Source: a virus
Length of the DNA stretch: 64,000 nt
IMG/VR virus record: IMGVR_UViG_3300017527_000515
Location: 51,458 to 115,457 of that record
Reading direction: 5' to 3' (one strand)
Made by a program: the position numbers and the translations under genes. Positions 1-9,705 of this stretch are shown here, in pieces (position 1 is the stretch's first letter; every line of letters begins with the position of its first letter). The notes beneath the pieces were generated by a model. It was not told the origin of the DNA and did no database searches. It saw only the letters and a program-made list of their open reading frames with translations.

Positions 1-3000
1 GGTTCTTTAAAGCGTAGTTAGGTAATTTATAATAACCTGAATCTGGGCCAATTACTGGATTAGATATATTTGGTATGTTAGATAAGTCACTGTAATAGAT
101 CAGTCCCTCTTCTACTAATTTACCTGGGTCTATATCCACATATAAATCATACGGTGCTCCGTAGTTATTCTTAATAGTAACCAGTTGGCCTTCATTTATC
201 TGACCTACCTTAGAGTGCTCAGAGTAATATATATATTCACAGCCCTTCTCGCCAGCATGTAGGTCTTCAGTTTTAACGTATAAAACTACATCATCATACC
301 TGGTTTCGGTTACTGGTATTATCTCCAGTGTGAAGTGTTGGGGGGAGTCCCCTACGTATATTTCCACTAAATTTTCAGTTTTCTGTACGGACTCTGTAGG
401 CCACCACTCCTCACCGTAGTCAGAGAAAGTCATAACAATTCCGCCGGATAAATTAGAACCTATATCCTCAGCAACACCGTAAAGCTCCATCTCTGTAATC
501 TTTGTAGATTTGTGGAAGTCTGTATAAATTCTCCAACCCTTACAGATTATAGGCTCCCATTGGTGCTCTATTATTTGCCAATCTACCCTGCGGGCTGTTT
601 GCCATTCTTCAGCATTTGACACATCGAACGTCTGATAAGTAAAATAACCACTCTCCTGGCCGGAGTCTGCTCTGTGAGAATAATCCTGTATAACGTCAGA
701 GTATACTGGGTCCCACTCATAAATCACACTACTGGTGGGAGTAGCTATCATCTCACCGGTGGTGGGGTTCTTAAATAGATATTCAGCTACCTGATTATAG
801 GTTGGCGAGCCTTCGTAAAATTCCACATTGTCCAATATAATCTTAGTATATTCTGGTATAAGATCATAACGATAATCATCAGCATCGCCTAGAGTGTAAT
901 AGAAACCTCCATATGTAGAGGTAGCAAAGTTTCTAAAATTAAATTTTTCTTTGAAATAAATTTTAGATTTATATATCTTCTTCTCTTTCTCGTGTGGGAA
1001 ATGAATATATATAGCTATAGGATCTTCGTCGAAATCAAACACTGCCTGACTACCGTGTATGTACGTGGCGTGTAACCACACAGCTAACCACTCTTCATCA
1101 CCATTGACCCAAAAATAATGAGGATTACTAGGAACAACTCCTGGTCCGGCGTCGTAATTCCAATGTGTGCTAGACAAATCTGTAGTGAGACTATAACTAT
1201 CACAAGCCAAGCCATCAGGCACATTGTACACACCGTCACTGAGATTATCTAAACCATAGTGCACATTAAATCTTTGATACCAAAACTCTCCTGGCATATC
1301 TATACGTTTGTGGAATGTCCAATGAAATTCACCGAAAAGGCTAACCTCCCAGTTTATGTCCAAACACCTAGCTATATTATATTCTAAAATATTATTAAGG
1401 GCCTCGCCCTTCATCTCTACTTTTTCTATATTATACCTATGTCCTAGATCTATATCAAGGTATAATCTCTTTTGGGGATCATAACCGTGGGCGTATACCA
1501 ATAGCCCGCCGCTACCTTCTCCGTATAGCCTAAGGGGATTAAAAATTTCGCCCTGCTCTGGCTTACCTTCTATCTGATGGTACTGAGCATCCACTTCATT
1601 ACCGGTAACACTCTTACCCACATACATATTTATATTGTAAAAGGCAAGCATGTCGCCTTTATTTACAAAAACATCTATATCTATATCTATACCTTCTTGG
1701 GTTAATGAATACAAAGCATCGTTATAACCTCTATCGATATCTCTATCAACTAAGGACCATTCATATATAACCTGCATTGTACCGTCTCTTTTGGGACGTA
1801 CCACCATAACCTTGGCGCCCGATAACTCATCTCCTTTACGTGTTCCTGTAGTATGGCCACTTGAGCCAGTTTCATGGGGCGTTTTTCTATAATTTGGAGA
1901 ATCCAATGAGCACATAGCCCATATTTTTCTTATTCTACCGCTGGCATTAAATGGATGGTTGTAGTCTATTATAGTGCGATCATCGTTAGTTATCATGTAA
2001 TATTTACGAATTACTTGACCACTAACATCACCATCATTATTTCCTATTGCAGAAGACATTACGCCGGTGCTTGAAGATAACCAATCCCTGCGGCCGCCCT
2101 CTATACTATATTGAAATGGATTAAATGTTAATGCAGTCCTTTCATTGTTATCTAACAATCCAAATGCTTGATGAGTTTTTATTTTAAAACTAGACAGAGG
2201 AGAGTACCCATTAACTGGCGTAGTGCCATCCGTTTTAGTGGTTACATCTTGCCCATATTTATTAGTAAAGTTTAAATACCTAGCCAGATCATTGTCCACA
2301 ACCTCAACTGTGGAATCTACGTGAAGTGTACCACTGTGTATTTTAAAAGTATTATCGCTTGTGTACTCTACTTGTACCTCAGAGTACCCACCTATGTTCG
2401 TCCTAGATATACCCCTAGCTAGAGAGTTTGCTACCTCTCTGCCGCTGCCATTCAGTACTTCTCTAATCTTTACTATTTCTTCACCATAGCCATTTATATT
2501 TATTATAAATTCCGTAAGATCTTCTATATTGAATCTTTTATTTGGTTCATGTGATTGGGATTCACACGTAGCTCTTTCGCCTATCCACGGACATGGGTAG
2601 GAATATTCACTAAACTTTTCACAGGTAGTATTTCTACATTCATGGGATTCAGTAGAAAATATCTCTATCCCTCTTATAAAAAACTCATCGCCATCTGCGC
2701 CGTCCGCAATAGCTGGCCAAAATCTTAAGTCATTGATGTCGCCCTGCCACCACTGTTGAACTCCCACATTAATAACATAGGTGTGCCACTGATTATCTGC
2801 CTCTATATCAAATAGTATTTCTTTATCTTCCCCCCAATTAGCTGACTGTAGAGTTCTCCATTCTAACTTAGCTTGGGTAGGTAGTGGGTGATTACCTCTC
2901 TCGTCTCTGGGCCAAGGGTTATACTTCATCACTATACGAACAAAGTAATGGGTGATAGCATTAACGGGACGGAATACACTAAACCTACCTATAGTTCCCC

Positions 3001-3187
3001 ATTCTCCTAACAACGTACCGAACAGGAATCCTCCCCAACAACCATAGGTATGTATATTTCTGAAATATTCCCAACCATCTACCTCACCATTTCTAGAAAA
3101 GTCTGCAGAGTATCCAGTAGTACTGTCGTGTAAGCACTTGAGAGATTGAGTTATGGTAGCATCCTGTGCTATATAATTAGAACCCAT
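1..3187 (-). CDS. Large virion/tail-associated protein, partial (runs off the left edge, >=1062 aa); absent from the ORF track
   Basis: ATG at 3187 (MGSNYIAQDATITQSLKCLHD...) overlaps the end of the upstream gene. The frame is open in the stretches I translated and at position 1 (...PDSGYYKLPNYALKN). It contains a carbohydrate-binding-like segment (WHTYVINVG..WQGDINDLRFWP) and a domain shared with 9706..11271 and 20880..21845. Confidence 0.8.
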   Translation of the reverse strand, partial: MGSNYIAQDATITQSLKCLHDSTTGYSADFSRNGEVDGWEYFRNIHTYGCWGGFLFGTLLGEWGTIGRFSVFRPVNAITHYFVRIVMKYNPWPRDERGNHPLPTQAKLEWRTLQSANWGEDKEILFDIEADNQWHTYVINVGVQQWWQGDINDLRFWPAIADGADGDEFFIRGIEIFSTESHECRNTTCEKFSEYSYPCPWIGERATCESQSHEPNKRFNIEDLTEFIININGYGEEIVKIREVLNGSGREVANSLARGISRTNIGGYSEVQVEYTSDNTFKIHSGTLHVDSTVEVVDNDLARYLNFTNKYGQDVTTKTDGTTPVNGYSPLSSFKIKTHQAFGLLDNNERTALTFNPFQYSIEGGRRDWLSSSTGVMSSAIGNNDGDVSGQVIRKYYMITNDDRTIIDYNHPFNASGRIRKIWAMCSLDSPNYRKTPHETGSSGHTTGTRKGDELSGAKVMVVRPKRDGTMQVIYEWSLVDRDIDRGYNDALYSLTQEGIDIDIDVFVNKGDMLAFYNINMYVGKSVTGNEVDAQYHQIEGKPEQGEIFNPLRLYGEGSGGLLVYAHGYDPQKRLYLDIDLGHRYNIEKVEMKGEALNNILEYNIARCLDINWEVSLFGEFHWTFHKRIDMPGEFWYQRFNVHYGLDNLSDGVYNVPDGLACDSYSLTTDLSSTHWNYDAGPGVVPSNPHYFWVNGDEEWLAVWLHATYIHGSQAVFDFDEDPIAIYIHFPHEKEKKIYKSKIYFKEKFNFRNFATSTYGGFYYTLGDADDYRYDLIPEYTKIILDNVEFYEGSPTYNQVAEYLFKNPTTGEMIATPTSSVIYEWDPVYSDVIQDYSHRADSGQESGYFTYQTFDVSNAEEWQTARRVDWQIIEHQWEPIICKGWRIYTDFHKSTKITEMELYGVAEDIGSNLSGGIVMTFSDYGEEWWPTESVQKTENLVEIYVGDSPQHFTLEIIPVTETRYDDVVLYVKTEDLHAGEKGCEYIYYSEHSKVGQINEGQLVTIKNNYGAPYDLYVDIDPGKLVEEGLIYYSDLSNIPNISNPVIGPDSGYYKLPNYALKN

Positions 3188-3590
3188 ACGGTAGCCTCTT
3201 TAATTCGCATTTATTATAAATATGTTGAGGACACGACCCCTTACCGTCGTACCCGTTACATTTCCCACAATAATAGAATATTCTATTAGTCTTTCTAAGT
3301 CCGCCTGGGTCGGGCATTTGCCCCATAGCAATCCTAGTAAATATTCTATCTGAAAGATGTTTTCTAAATACTTTTTCTATTTCCTTCATGGTGTATCTGA
3401 CTTCTGCATCGCAATCATTACATGTCATTACCAATATATCACTTATGGTCCCATCTTTTAATTTATCTATATCATCCAGTTTGAATACTTCTGGGTGCTG
3501 CCACGCCTCCATAGTTAATCTCTGGTTGTACATAAGCCTTCCCTTGTCGCAAGAATCACACGGTAAATATCTTATCATATCACTAAACAT
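3177..3590 (-). CDS. Small Cys-rich, putative zinc-binding protein
   Basis: 137 aa with CDSC, CNDC, CGKC and further Cys; AGGAG RBS upstream; in operon orientation. Confidence 0.7.
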   Translation of the reverse strand: MFSDMIRYLPCDSCDKGRLMYNQRLTMEAWQHPEVFKLDDIDKLKDGTISDILVMTCNDCDAEVRYTMKEIEKVFRKHLSDRIFTRIAMGQMPDPGGLRKTNRIFYYCGKCNGYDGKGSCPQHIYNKCELKRLPYGF

Positions 3591-3600
3591 ATCCTACTCC

Positions 3601-6600
3601 TTATACAGCAGTACCAGCAAAAGTACCGCCTCCTAGTCCCCATTTATCTGTATACTCAGGATCGCCGCCTGCTAATATCATAGCCCTATCATACTTGGCC
3701 TGTTGTGTGTAAAATCTCAAAGAATAATATGAGTTGCCTGGATCTATAGGTTTACTAGCATCTCGTTCAAGGGGTGTGCCAATCCCAGCATGATCTACAT
3801 GTATATACCTACCACTAAATACATTCTCTGGGCCGCCGAATAACATACACTTTTCTCTCCTGAAGTTACTGGACCATGTGTAATAGTGACCGCCTGGCCT
3901 CCAGAAATCGTACTGCTTAAAGTCTTTGTATCTCCAATGCCTTTCGAATGGTAATTTTTCTGAATTTATCACCAGATTAGCTGAGGGAAATGACTCGCCT
4001 ATTGTGTTTAAAAATGCTTCACATTTATAAGGGGCTACTGGAGCATAGTTTATAGTATCACTAGATGGATCTAAATTATATGCATACTCATACAGATCTC
4101 GTTGCTCTTTAGCCTCTGTTTCATGTAGATTATCATATGTAACTCCTACTATGCGTTCGTCGTCGGGGTGTGATATTCCAGTAACAATTACTTTAGTTTT
4201 ATCCATAGCCACAACTTCTTTATCAGCAAATCTAGGAGAGCGTAGGGAGAAATATTGTCCCATGTTCAGTAGATTATCCTCGTGTTTTAAATGATCTCCA
4301 GGACCATCTAAATTAATACCCTGGCCGCCTATATCTGATAATTGTGAAGCTATATATTTTCTTTCATATGTTTTAATATTTTCGTATTTTATATCCACAT
4401 ATCTAGCGAAATATAACTCTACGCTGTCCACAGATATAAAGCTGCCTGCATAATTATTTAAAGTTACCTGCACGCTATTTGCTATTTTATTTGCCATCTC
4501 ATAAGGACCTACCAAGAAATCCATATATATAATATATTCTTCTTGGCCAGACGCTGGGTATTCTGGGGAACCAGCAGCTGAAGAAAGTCCTTTCGGTGAG
4601 CCGGTGCTTCCATCATTGAAATTACATGACACGCGTATACCAGGTCTAACCACTGTGTGTATGGTAGGCCTTGGTGGGTCCGAATCATTTAGCCCCTGAA
4701 TATCTCCCCATATACCCCGTACCACAACTCTAGATAAAGGAGCTACAGACACTGGAGTGTAATCTATCACTACACTTCCAGAATCCCATACAAAAGAGCC
4801 GGGTATATTCATATCACCAGCTGTTTCTGAGGCTGTATTGCCCAGATCCATCTCCTCTATAGTCTCCTCTTTGGGTAGATAATACAGTCTATCTCGTGTC
4901 ATCTCGGCTATCAATCCTCTGTTGTAATAACCATAAATATATCCTAGATTTATTCCGGTGTCTGGAGTTTTACCTATTATACCTTTACGTTCGGCAGCAT
5001 CAGCATCTTCGATGGTAAATGATGCTGAACTATCAAACAGCATGTTATCTTCATGTATCCAATCCGATCCGTAAGCCTTCTCATATATGTTGTCCTCGCC
5101 CTGGCCTGCATCCGTATCAGCGCCGCCACCTTCATCATTCCAATCTACTGGTTGTGATGCCACATACTCATTCTCACCGTACAGTACTTCAAATGCTCTA
5201 GGATGTGCACCACCTATGGACAATGTTGGATATACGGACAGAAATCCCTCTTCGAACTTCGGCGCTGTATATACTATTTTGTAATCACCTTCATCCAATA
5301 TAGTTCTATGCTCGTTTTTATAATAATCCCATATGTATGGTGCCTTCTTTAAATCTACAAAATCTAAGAACCCCACGGCTGTTGTCGTATCAGTGTCGGC
5401 GTCCTCATCCTCTCCGGGCTCTGTTACTGGTAATTCATTAGAAGCATTTCTTTCTATTTCCAGCCAATCCTCCTGCCAGGCCCAAGCAGCCTTTTGTTTT
5501 TTTAAATAGTAAAACACAGCTTTAGTTGCTATAGTACCTATGGGGTATGTGGGAAGTGGATAACTACTATTACCTTCATGATGCACTTCAAACAACTCAT
5601 CCCATCTGTATCTACCGCCCAAAGCTTCTGGATCATCCTCTACTTCCTCTTCGGTAGGCTCGACGGGTTTTCGCTCTTCATTTACAGCTGCACAAGTAGC
5701 CATGGTCATTTGATGGAAATATCTAAAAGGTTCGAACCCTTGATCTGGGGATATACCTACATACTTATCCTCATAAGCGTCGTCATAAGAGTTAAACCCT
5801 GAATAAAAACTGCTATGATCTAACATCAAAGGCATCCAATCAGCCTTTTGTAATATCCCATTCACTACAAACGGTATTATATGAGTAATATAATCCTCAC
5901 TTAAATATTTCTCTACGTATTCTCTACCTTCATTGCCAAACGGAGGTGGATACCAACCATTCTCAGCGTACTCTCCTAAATCTACTGGGCCCCTCTTAAA
6001 CACCCTACCGGCAAAGATTACTGAAGATGCCTCGGCATCACTATACCAAAAATCACAACCGCAGTCACAAGAGGATGCCCAATTACCTCTAACATCACCA
6101 AAAGCATCGTATTTATAAGGACCACAGTATCTATAGTCCCATCTCTTCAGTACTGTTCCACCGCCTACAAATTCTTTTTCTCCAGTAAGTGGGTTAACAT
6201 TACCGCCAGAATCGGGACCTACATAACCAGCTTGACAATTATTACATACAGTAAATTCATCATACATATCATAGCCGCGGCACACATTATAAGGAAACCA
6301 CATAGGCCCTTCCCATTTTTGCCATGAATGTAGATGATCTCCACAGTTAGGTACTTCAACGTGTTTATATGGAGCTGATAGTGGTGCATCCTGCTTGATA
6401 TCTATACAAAAACCTGATCTAGGCTGTAGTGCGTACTGTCTACCTTCCGCGCTATATCTATAGAATATATCCACGCCACGGCAGCCTTCTTTAACAATTT
6501 GTGTTACCATTTTAGTTGCGAATGAGTTTATAGTTCTCCCATTGTCGTCCTTGAAATGAGCCATGAATTGTACAGAGCCTCTAGATATACCATTTACCTC

Positions 6601-9255
6601 TAATGACCCTCCGCCGCCGAATATATTATACGGAGTACCCACAAGAACATTAGTTTCATTTTTACCACCCCCGTATTTTATTACACCTTCGCCAGGATTA
6701 TTGGTTAATTGTATGTAACCATAATCCAAGACTAGATCCCATTGGGAATTTCTAAACGTCATCTTGTGCTCTTCATCTACAGGTTGTAATACCGCCATAG
6801 CAGCGCCTATGTAATTATCGTCTTCTATAATAGATTCTAACTCTACCTCATCTGGTAAGCCGCCGGGTGGGTAATCCTCGCCGCCGATATAAACTAACTT
6901 GGCATTTATTATTTCCCAGTCATACACATAATTTATGTTTTTGTCTTCTAATTCTATAAGAATCTTATTTGATTGGCCTATCCCGCCCCAAAACTCACAG
7001 GATACATCTGTCTCTTCTACTTGCTCGTATGCGTAATCGAAATACCTTTCGCCAGTCCATAGGTTATCCAAGCTGAATGTTGATACTATTTCTGTGTCTT
7101 CGCCAAACCTAGCTCCGCCCATTGATACTATACTTGCAGTGGCTGTGGCGCCAGGCTCTATAGCTGTAGGAACTTTATTCTCCCAGCCAGTATCATTATC
7201 CTCATATAAATGTGTGTACTCTGTCTGTTTTACTACTCCGCCGTACCAAATACTATTCACTTCTCTCCATCTATATTCCCACGTACCATCTCCTAGATCT
7301 ACACATACTAGTAATAGGTTAGGATTGCTAGAATAATCTAGTCTTACTTCTGATGTCATAAAAAATCCAAACTCATCATCAGACGCCGATCTCGCTATAT
7401 ACCCCGGCGCTTCAGCAAATCCTCTAGATACAGTCTCCCTTAAAAAATTATATACATCTTCTTTTATTATTTTTGCTGGCCGCCCGAATATGTTATCATC
7501 TTTAATAGCATATACTCCGGTGAAATAACCCAACATACTTGATATTGGAATTCTGTTAGTGTTTATAACATAAACTTGTTTATTGGTATACGTTTGCCCT
7601 ATTGTTTTTATACGATCTCCTTTAATATTATTAGATCGTTTTGTGTATCCTGGGTCCCCAGCATCTCTACAAATCTCAGAATTAAAATAATTATTATCAT
7701 ATGGCGGATACACTACCGTAAGAGGAGCAAAATCAGGGAAAGTATGTTCTCTCACTAGATTTGGATAGTGTCTTTGTCCCCCCTCTGTACTAGTTCCTAT
7801 CTGTGCATGGTGGTACTCAACATCTTCTGCCTCAATATAGGCTTTGGTAAATTCCCTCATATGTAAAGGAGATGGCTGGCACAACCATAGTTTTTTACCT
7901 ACCATCTTACTGTCAGTAACTCCACTTTCGCCGGTATCATCCTCTATCTTTTTCCAATTAGTAAATGTATATATAGCAGGTGTATGTGGGTCATCAAAGT
8001 TGGGTTTGATATTATAGAAAGTATCGTATTCATCTTGACTGTCCCATGTAGATGCCCAGAATCTAAGCTCCAACACCTGGTTAGCTGTAATAGGCATACC
8101 AGCTTGTGTTCTAGTAGACGTAACATATATCCATTCACCAGTATAGCATGGGCATTCTGGTCGGGCGCCATTACATACTGGTCCGCCACCCTTAGCCCAT
8201 ACACCGTCTAATGCTAATTGTGCTCCTGTGTGGTCTTCCCACGCGCCGCCTTCTTGTGAAAGGTCCTCTAATACTCGAGTATTAAACGGTACAGCATCTG
8301 AGTGTGGGCACTTACAGAACTCTACTCTACCCCCATCATCAAATATATCTGGATCGCCTTCCAAGTATATGGTAGCACCGTATTCGTCTATGTGATATTC
8401 CCGGCCGGTATCTTCATCCCACCATTGGCATTTTTGAAATCTTGCGCGGTCGTTGAATAACTTATAGTTTAGTGGTAATCTATATCTATCATCATAACCG
8501 TCGTCATTCTCCCATGCTTGGGCTCGTTCCCAACCTTGCTTAGTGATAGTGATGTTATCAGGTTCTACATCTCCTGGAGATTTGCCAGCGGGGGATATAA
8601 TACCAAACCCCATCTGATATGGTCTGTATAAATTACATACTACAGGAAGTTCCGATAGACGGTCCTCAGCATCCTCACTCTCCGATATTATACTACAACC
8701 CTGTTCTCCTCTACCCCAACCATGACAATCACATTTACCGACACCGTCGCCCTCTGAATCATTATAGCCCCAAACATCATCGCGTTTTATGGATTTGAAT
8801 ATAGCATCTTTATCACCACCCAGAGATTTTTCTCCTAATCCAGTAACATATGGGTTAGGTGCGGTACAAATCCATTCCTCTGGATCATGTTCAGCGCCGG
8901 GCTCGTACGCACTACACCAACTACGTCTACCTAAGAAGTCACATTGGCCAAAATTGAACCCAGATGGTATCTCTGGTTTAGGGTCGTTTGGATTATCTGA
9001 TGTGTTGTCGGTCTCATAACTACAACTATAGCCTGCACCCTCGCCCTCGCCTTTCTTAAACCATGCGCACACTGGAGGCATGCCTTTTAGAAAGTACTGA
9101 CAGGTTCTCCAAGCCCTTGCTCCTTCGCCCGTGGATGCTCTCAGACCAGTAGAAACATCTGTATAGTTCCAATCAGAGTAAGGAGTTACGTCATCCCAAC
9201 AATATTCCCATTGGGTTCCGTCCTCAAATTTTACTGATATGCAATCTCCTGCCAT
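3601..9255 (-). CDS. Large (1884 aa) Cys-rich, acidic virion/tail-tip protein
   Basis: Long ORF coupled (TAATG) to the upstream gene; two Cys clusters; W/Y/D/G-rich; lies in the structural operon. Function is inferred from context only. Confidence 0.65.
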   Translation of the reverse strand: MAGDCISVKFEDGTQWEYCWDDVTPYSDWNYTDVSTGLRASTGEGARAWRTCQYFLKGMPPVCAWFKKGEGEGAGYSCSYETDNTSDNPNDPKPEIPSGFNFGQCDFLGRRSWCSAYEPGAEHDPEEWICTAPNPYVTGLGEKSLGGDKDAIFKSIKRDDVWGYNDSEGDGVGKCDCHGWGRGEQGCSIISESEDAEDRLSELPVVCNLYRPYQMGFGIISPAGKSPGDVEPDNITITKQGWERAQAWENDDGYDDRYRLPLNYKLFNDRARFQKCQWWDEDTGREYHIDEYGATIYLEGDPDIFDDGGRVEFCKCPHSDAVPFNTRVLEDLSQEGGAWEDHTGAQLALDGVWAKGGGPVCNGARPECPCYTGEWIYVTSTRTQAGMPITANQVLELRFWASTWDSQDEYDTFYNIKPNFDDPHTPAIYTFTNWKKIEDDTGESGVTDSKMVGKKLWLCQPSPLHMREFTKAYIEAEDVEYHHAQIGTSTEGGQRHYPNLVREHTFPDFAPLTVVYPPYDNNYFNSEICRDAGDPGYTKRSNNIKGDRIKTIGQTYTNKQVYVINTNRIPISSMLGYFTGVYAIKDDNIFGRPAKIIKEDVYNFLRETVSRGFAEAPGYIARSASDDEFGFFMTSEVRLDYSSNPNLLLVCVDLGDGTWEYRWREVNSIWYGGVVKQTEYTHLYEDNDTGWENKVPTAIEPGATATASIVSMGGARFGEDTEIVSTFSLDNLWTGERYFDYAYEQVEETDVSCEFWGGIGQSNKILIELEDKNINYVYDWEIINAKLVYIGGEDYPPGGLPDEVELESIIEDDNYIGAAMAVLQPVDEEHKMTFRNSQWDLVLDYGYIQLTNNPGEGVIKYGGGKNETNVLVGTPYNIFGGGGSLEVNGISRGSVQFMAHFKDDNGRTINSFATKMVTQIVKEGCRGVDIFYRYSAEGRQYALQPRSGFCIDIKQDAPLSAPYKHVEVPNCGDHLHSWQKWEGPMWFPYNVCRGYDMYDEFTVCNNCQAGYVGPDSGGNVNPLTGEKEFVGGGTVLKRWDYRYCGPYKYDAFGDVRGNWASSCDCGCDFWYSDAEASSVIFAGRVFKRGPVDLGEYAENGWYPPPFGNEGREYVEKYLSEDYITHIIPFVVNGILQKADWMPLMLDHSSFYSGFNSYDDAYEDKYVGISPDQGFEPFRYFHQMTMATCAAVNEERKPVEPTEEEVEDDPEALGGRYRWDELFEVHHEGNSSYPLPTYPIGTIATKAVFYYLKKQKAAWAWQEDWLEIERNASNELPVTEPGEDEDADTDTTTAVGFLDFVDLKKAPYIWDYYKNEHRTILDEGDYKIVYTAPKFEEGFLSVYPTLSIGGAHPRAFEVLYGENEYVASQPVDWNDEGGGADTDAGQGEDNIYEKAYGSDWIHEDNMLFDSSASFTIEDADAAERKGIIGKTPDTGINLGYIYGYYNRGLIAEMTRDRLYYLPKEETIEEMDLGNTASETAGDMNIPGSFVWDSGSVVIDYTPVSVAPLSRVVVRGIWGDIQGLNDSDPPRPTIHTVVRPGIRVSCNFNDGSTGSPKGLSSAAGSPEYPASGQEEYIIYMDFLVGPYEMANKIANSVQVTLNNYAGSFISVDSVELYFARYVDIKYENIKTYERKYIASQLSDIGGQGINLDGPGDHLKHEDNLLNMGQYFSLRSPRFADKEVVAMDKTKVIVTGISHPDDERIVGVTYDNLHETEAKEQRDLYEYAYNLDPSSDTINYAPVAPYKCEAFLNTIGESFPSANLVINSEKLPFERHWRYKDFKQYDFWRPGGHYYTWSSNFRREKCMLFGGPENVFSGRYIHVDHAGIGTPLERDASKPIDPGNSYYSLRFYTQQAKYDRAMILAGGDPEYTDKWGLGGGTFAGTAV

Positions 9256-9569
9256 TAGAGTTTTTTAACCTCCATAGTCATTTTACCTGTGAATTCATTA
9301 ACTGTGTACCAAATCTTCACTGGCTTATCATCAACGGTATCGTAATAACCTATAGACCTTGATTCTATACGAAAACTTTCCGGTACTCCAGGTACAGCAG
9401 AACCACGTTTTTTCTGATCGTAGGCCATTTTATTATCTAACGTCCACTGTCTCCCTTCGAAGTGAAGAGTCACTCTGACTATATTTATCTTTGGTATCTT
9501 CTTCCAGCCCATTTGGGTTTCTCTGATTATGGTGCCGTCAGAGTATTCTACTTCCCAACCTCGTCTCAT
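9255..9569 (-). CDS. Hypothetical protein, paralog of 13635..14093
   Basis: Start revised to ATG 9569 (MRRGWEVEYSDG), with GGAGG at 9574-9578. The track's TTG at 9587 lies inside the terminator U-tract. Confidence 0.7.
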   Translation of the reverse strand: MRRGWEVEYSDGTIIRETQMGWKKIPKINIVRVTLHFEGRQWTLDNKMAYDQKKRGSAVPGVPESFRIESRSIGYYDTVDDKPVKIWYTVNEFTGKMTMEVKKL

Positions 9570-9581
9570 ATTGCCTCCTAT

Positions 9582-9628
9582 AAACAAAAATAGGGAACAG
9601 ATATAGCACTACGCCATCTCTGTTCCCT
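9582..9628 (-). terminator. Intrinsic terminator downstream of 9706..11271
   Basis: Minus strand AGGGAACAGAGAT-loop-ATATCTGTTCCCT (stem about 13 bp), followed by ATTTTTGTTT. Confidence 0.7.
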
Positions 9629-9705
9629 TCCTTAACTTTAGAATAGAATTATACAGCGGCATGTAAATGCCTCCCTTTTCCTAAAAAATTCTTAACCTGT
9701 CCTAA

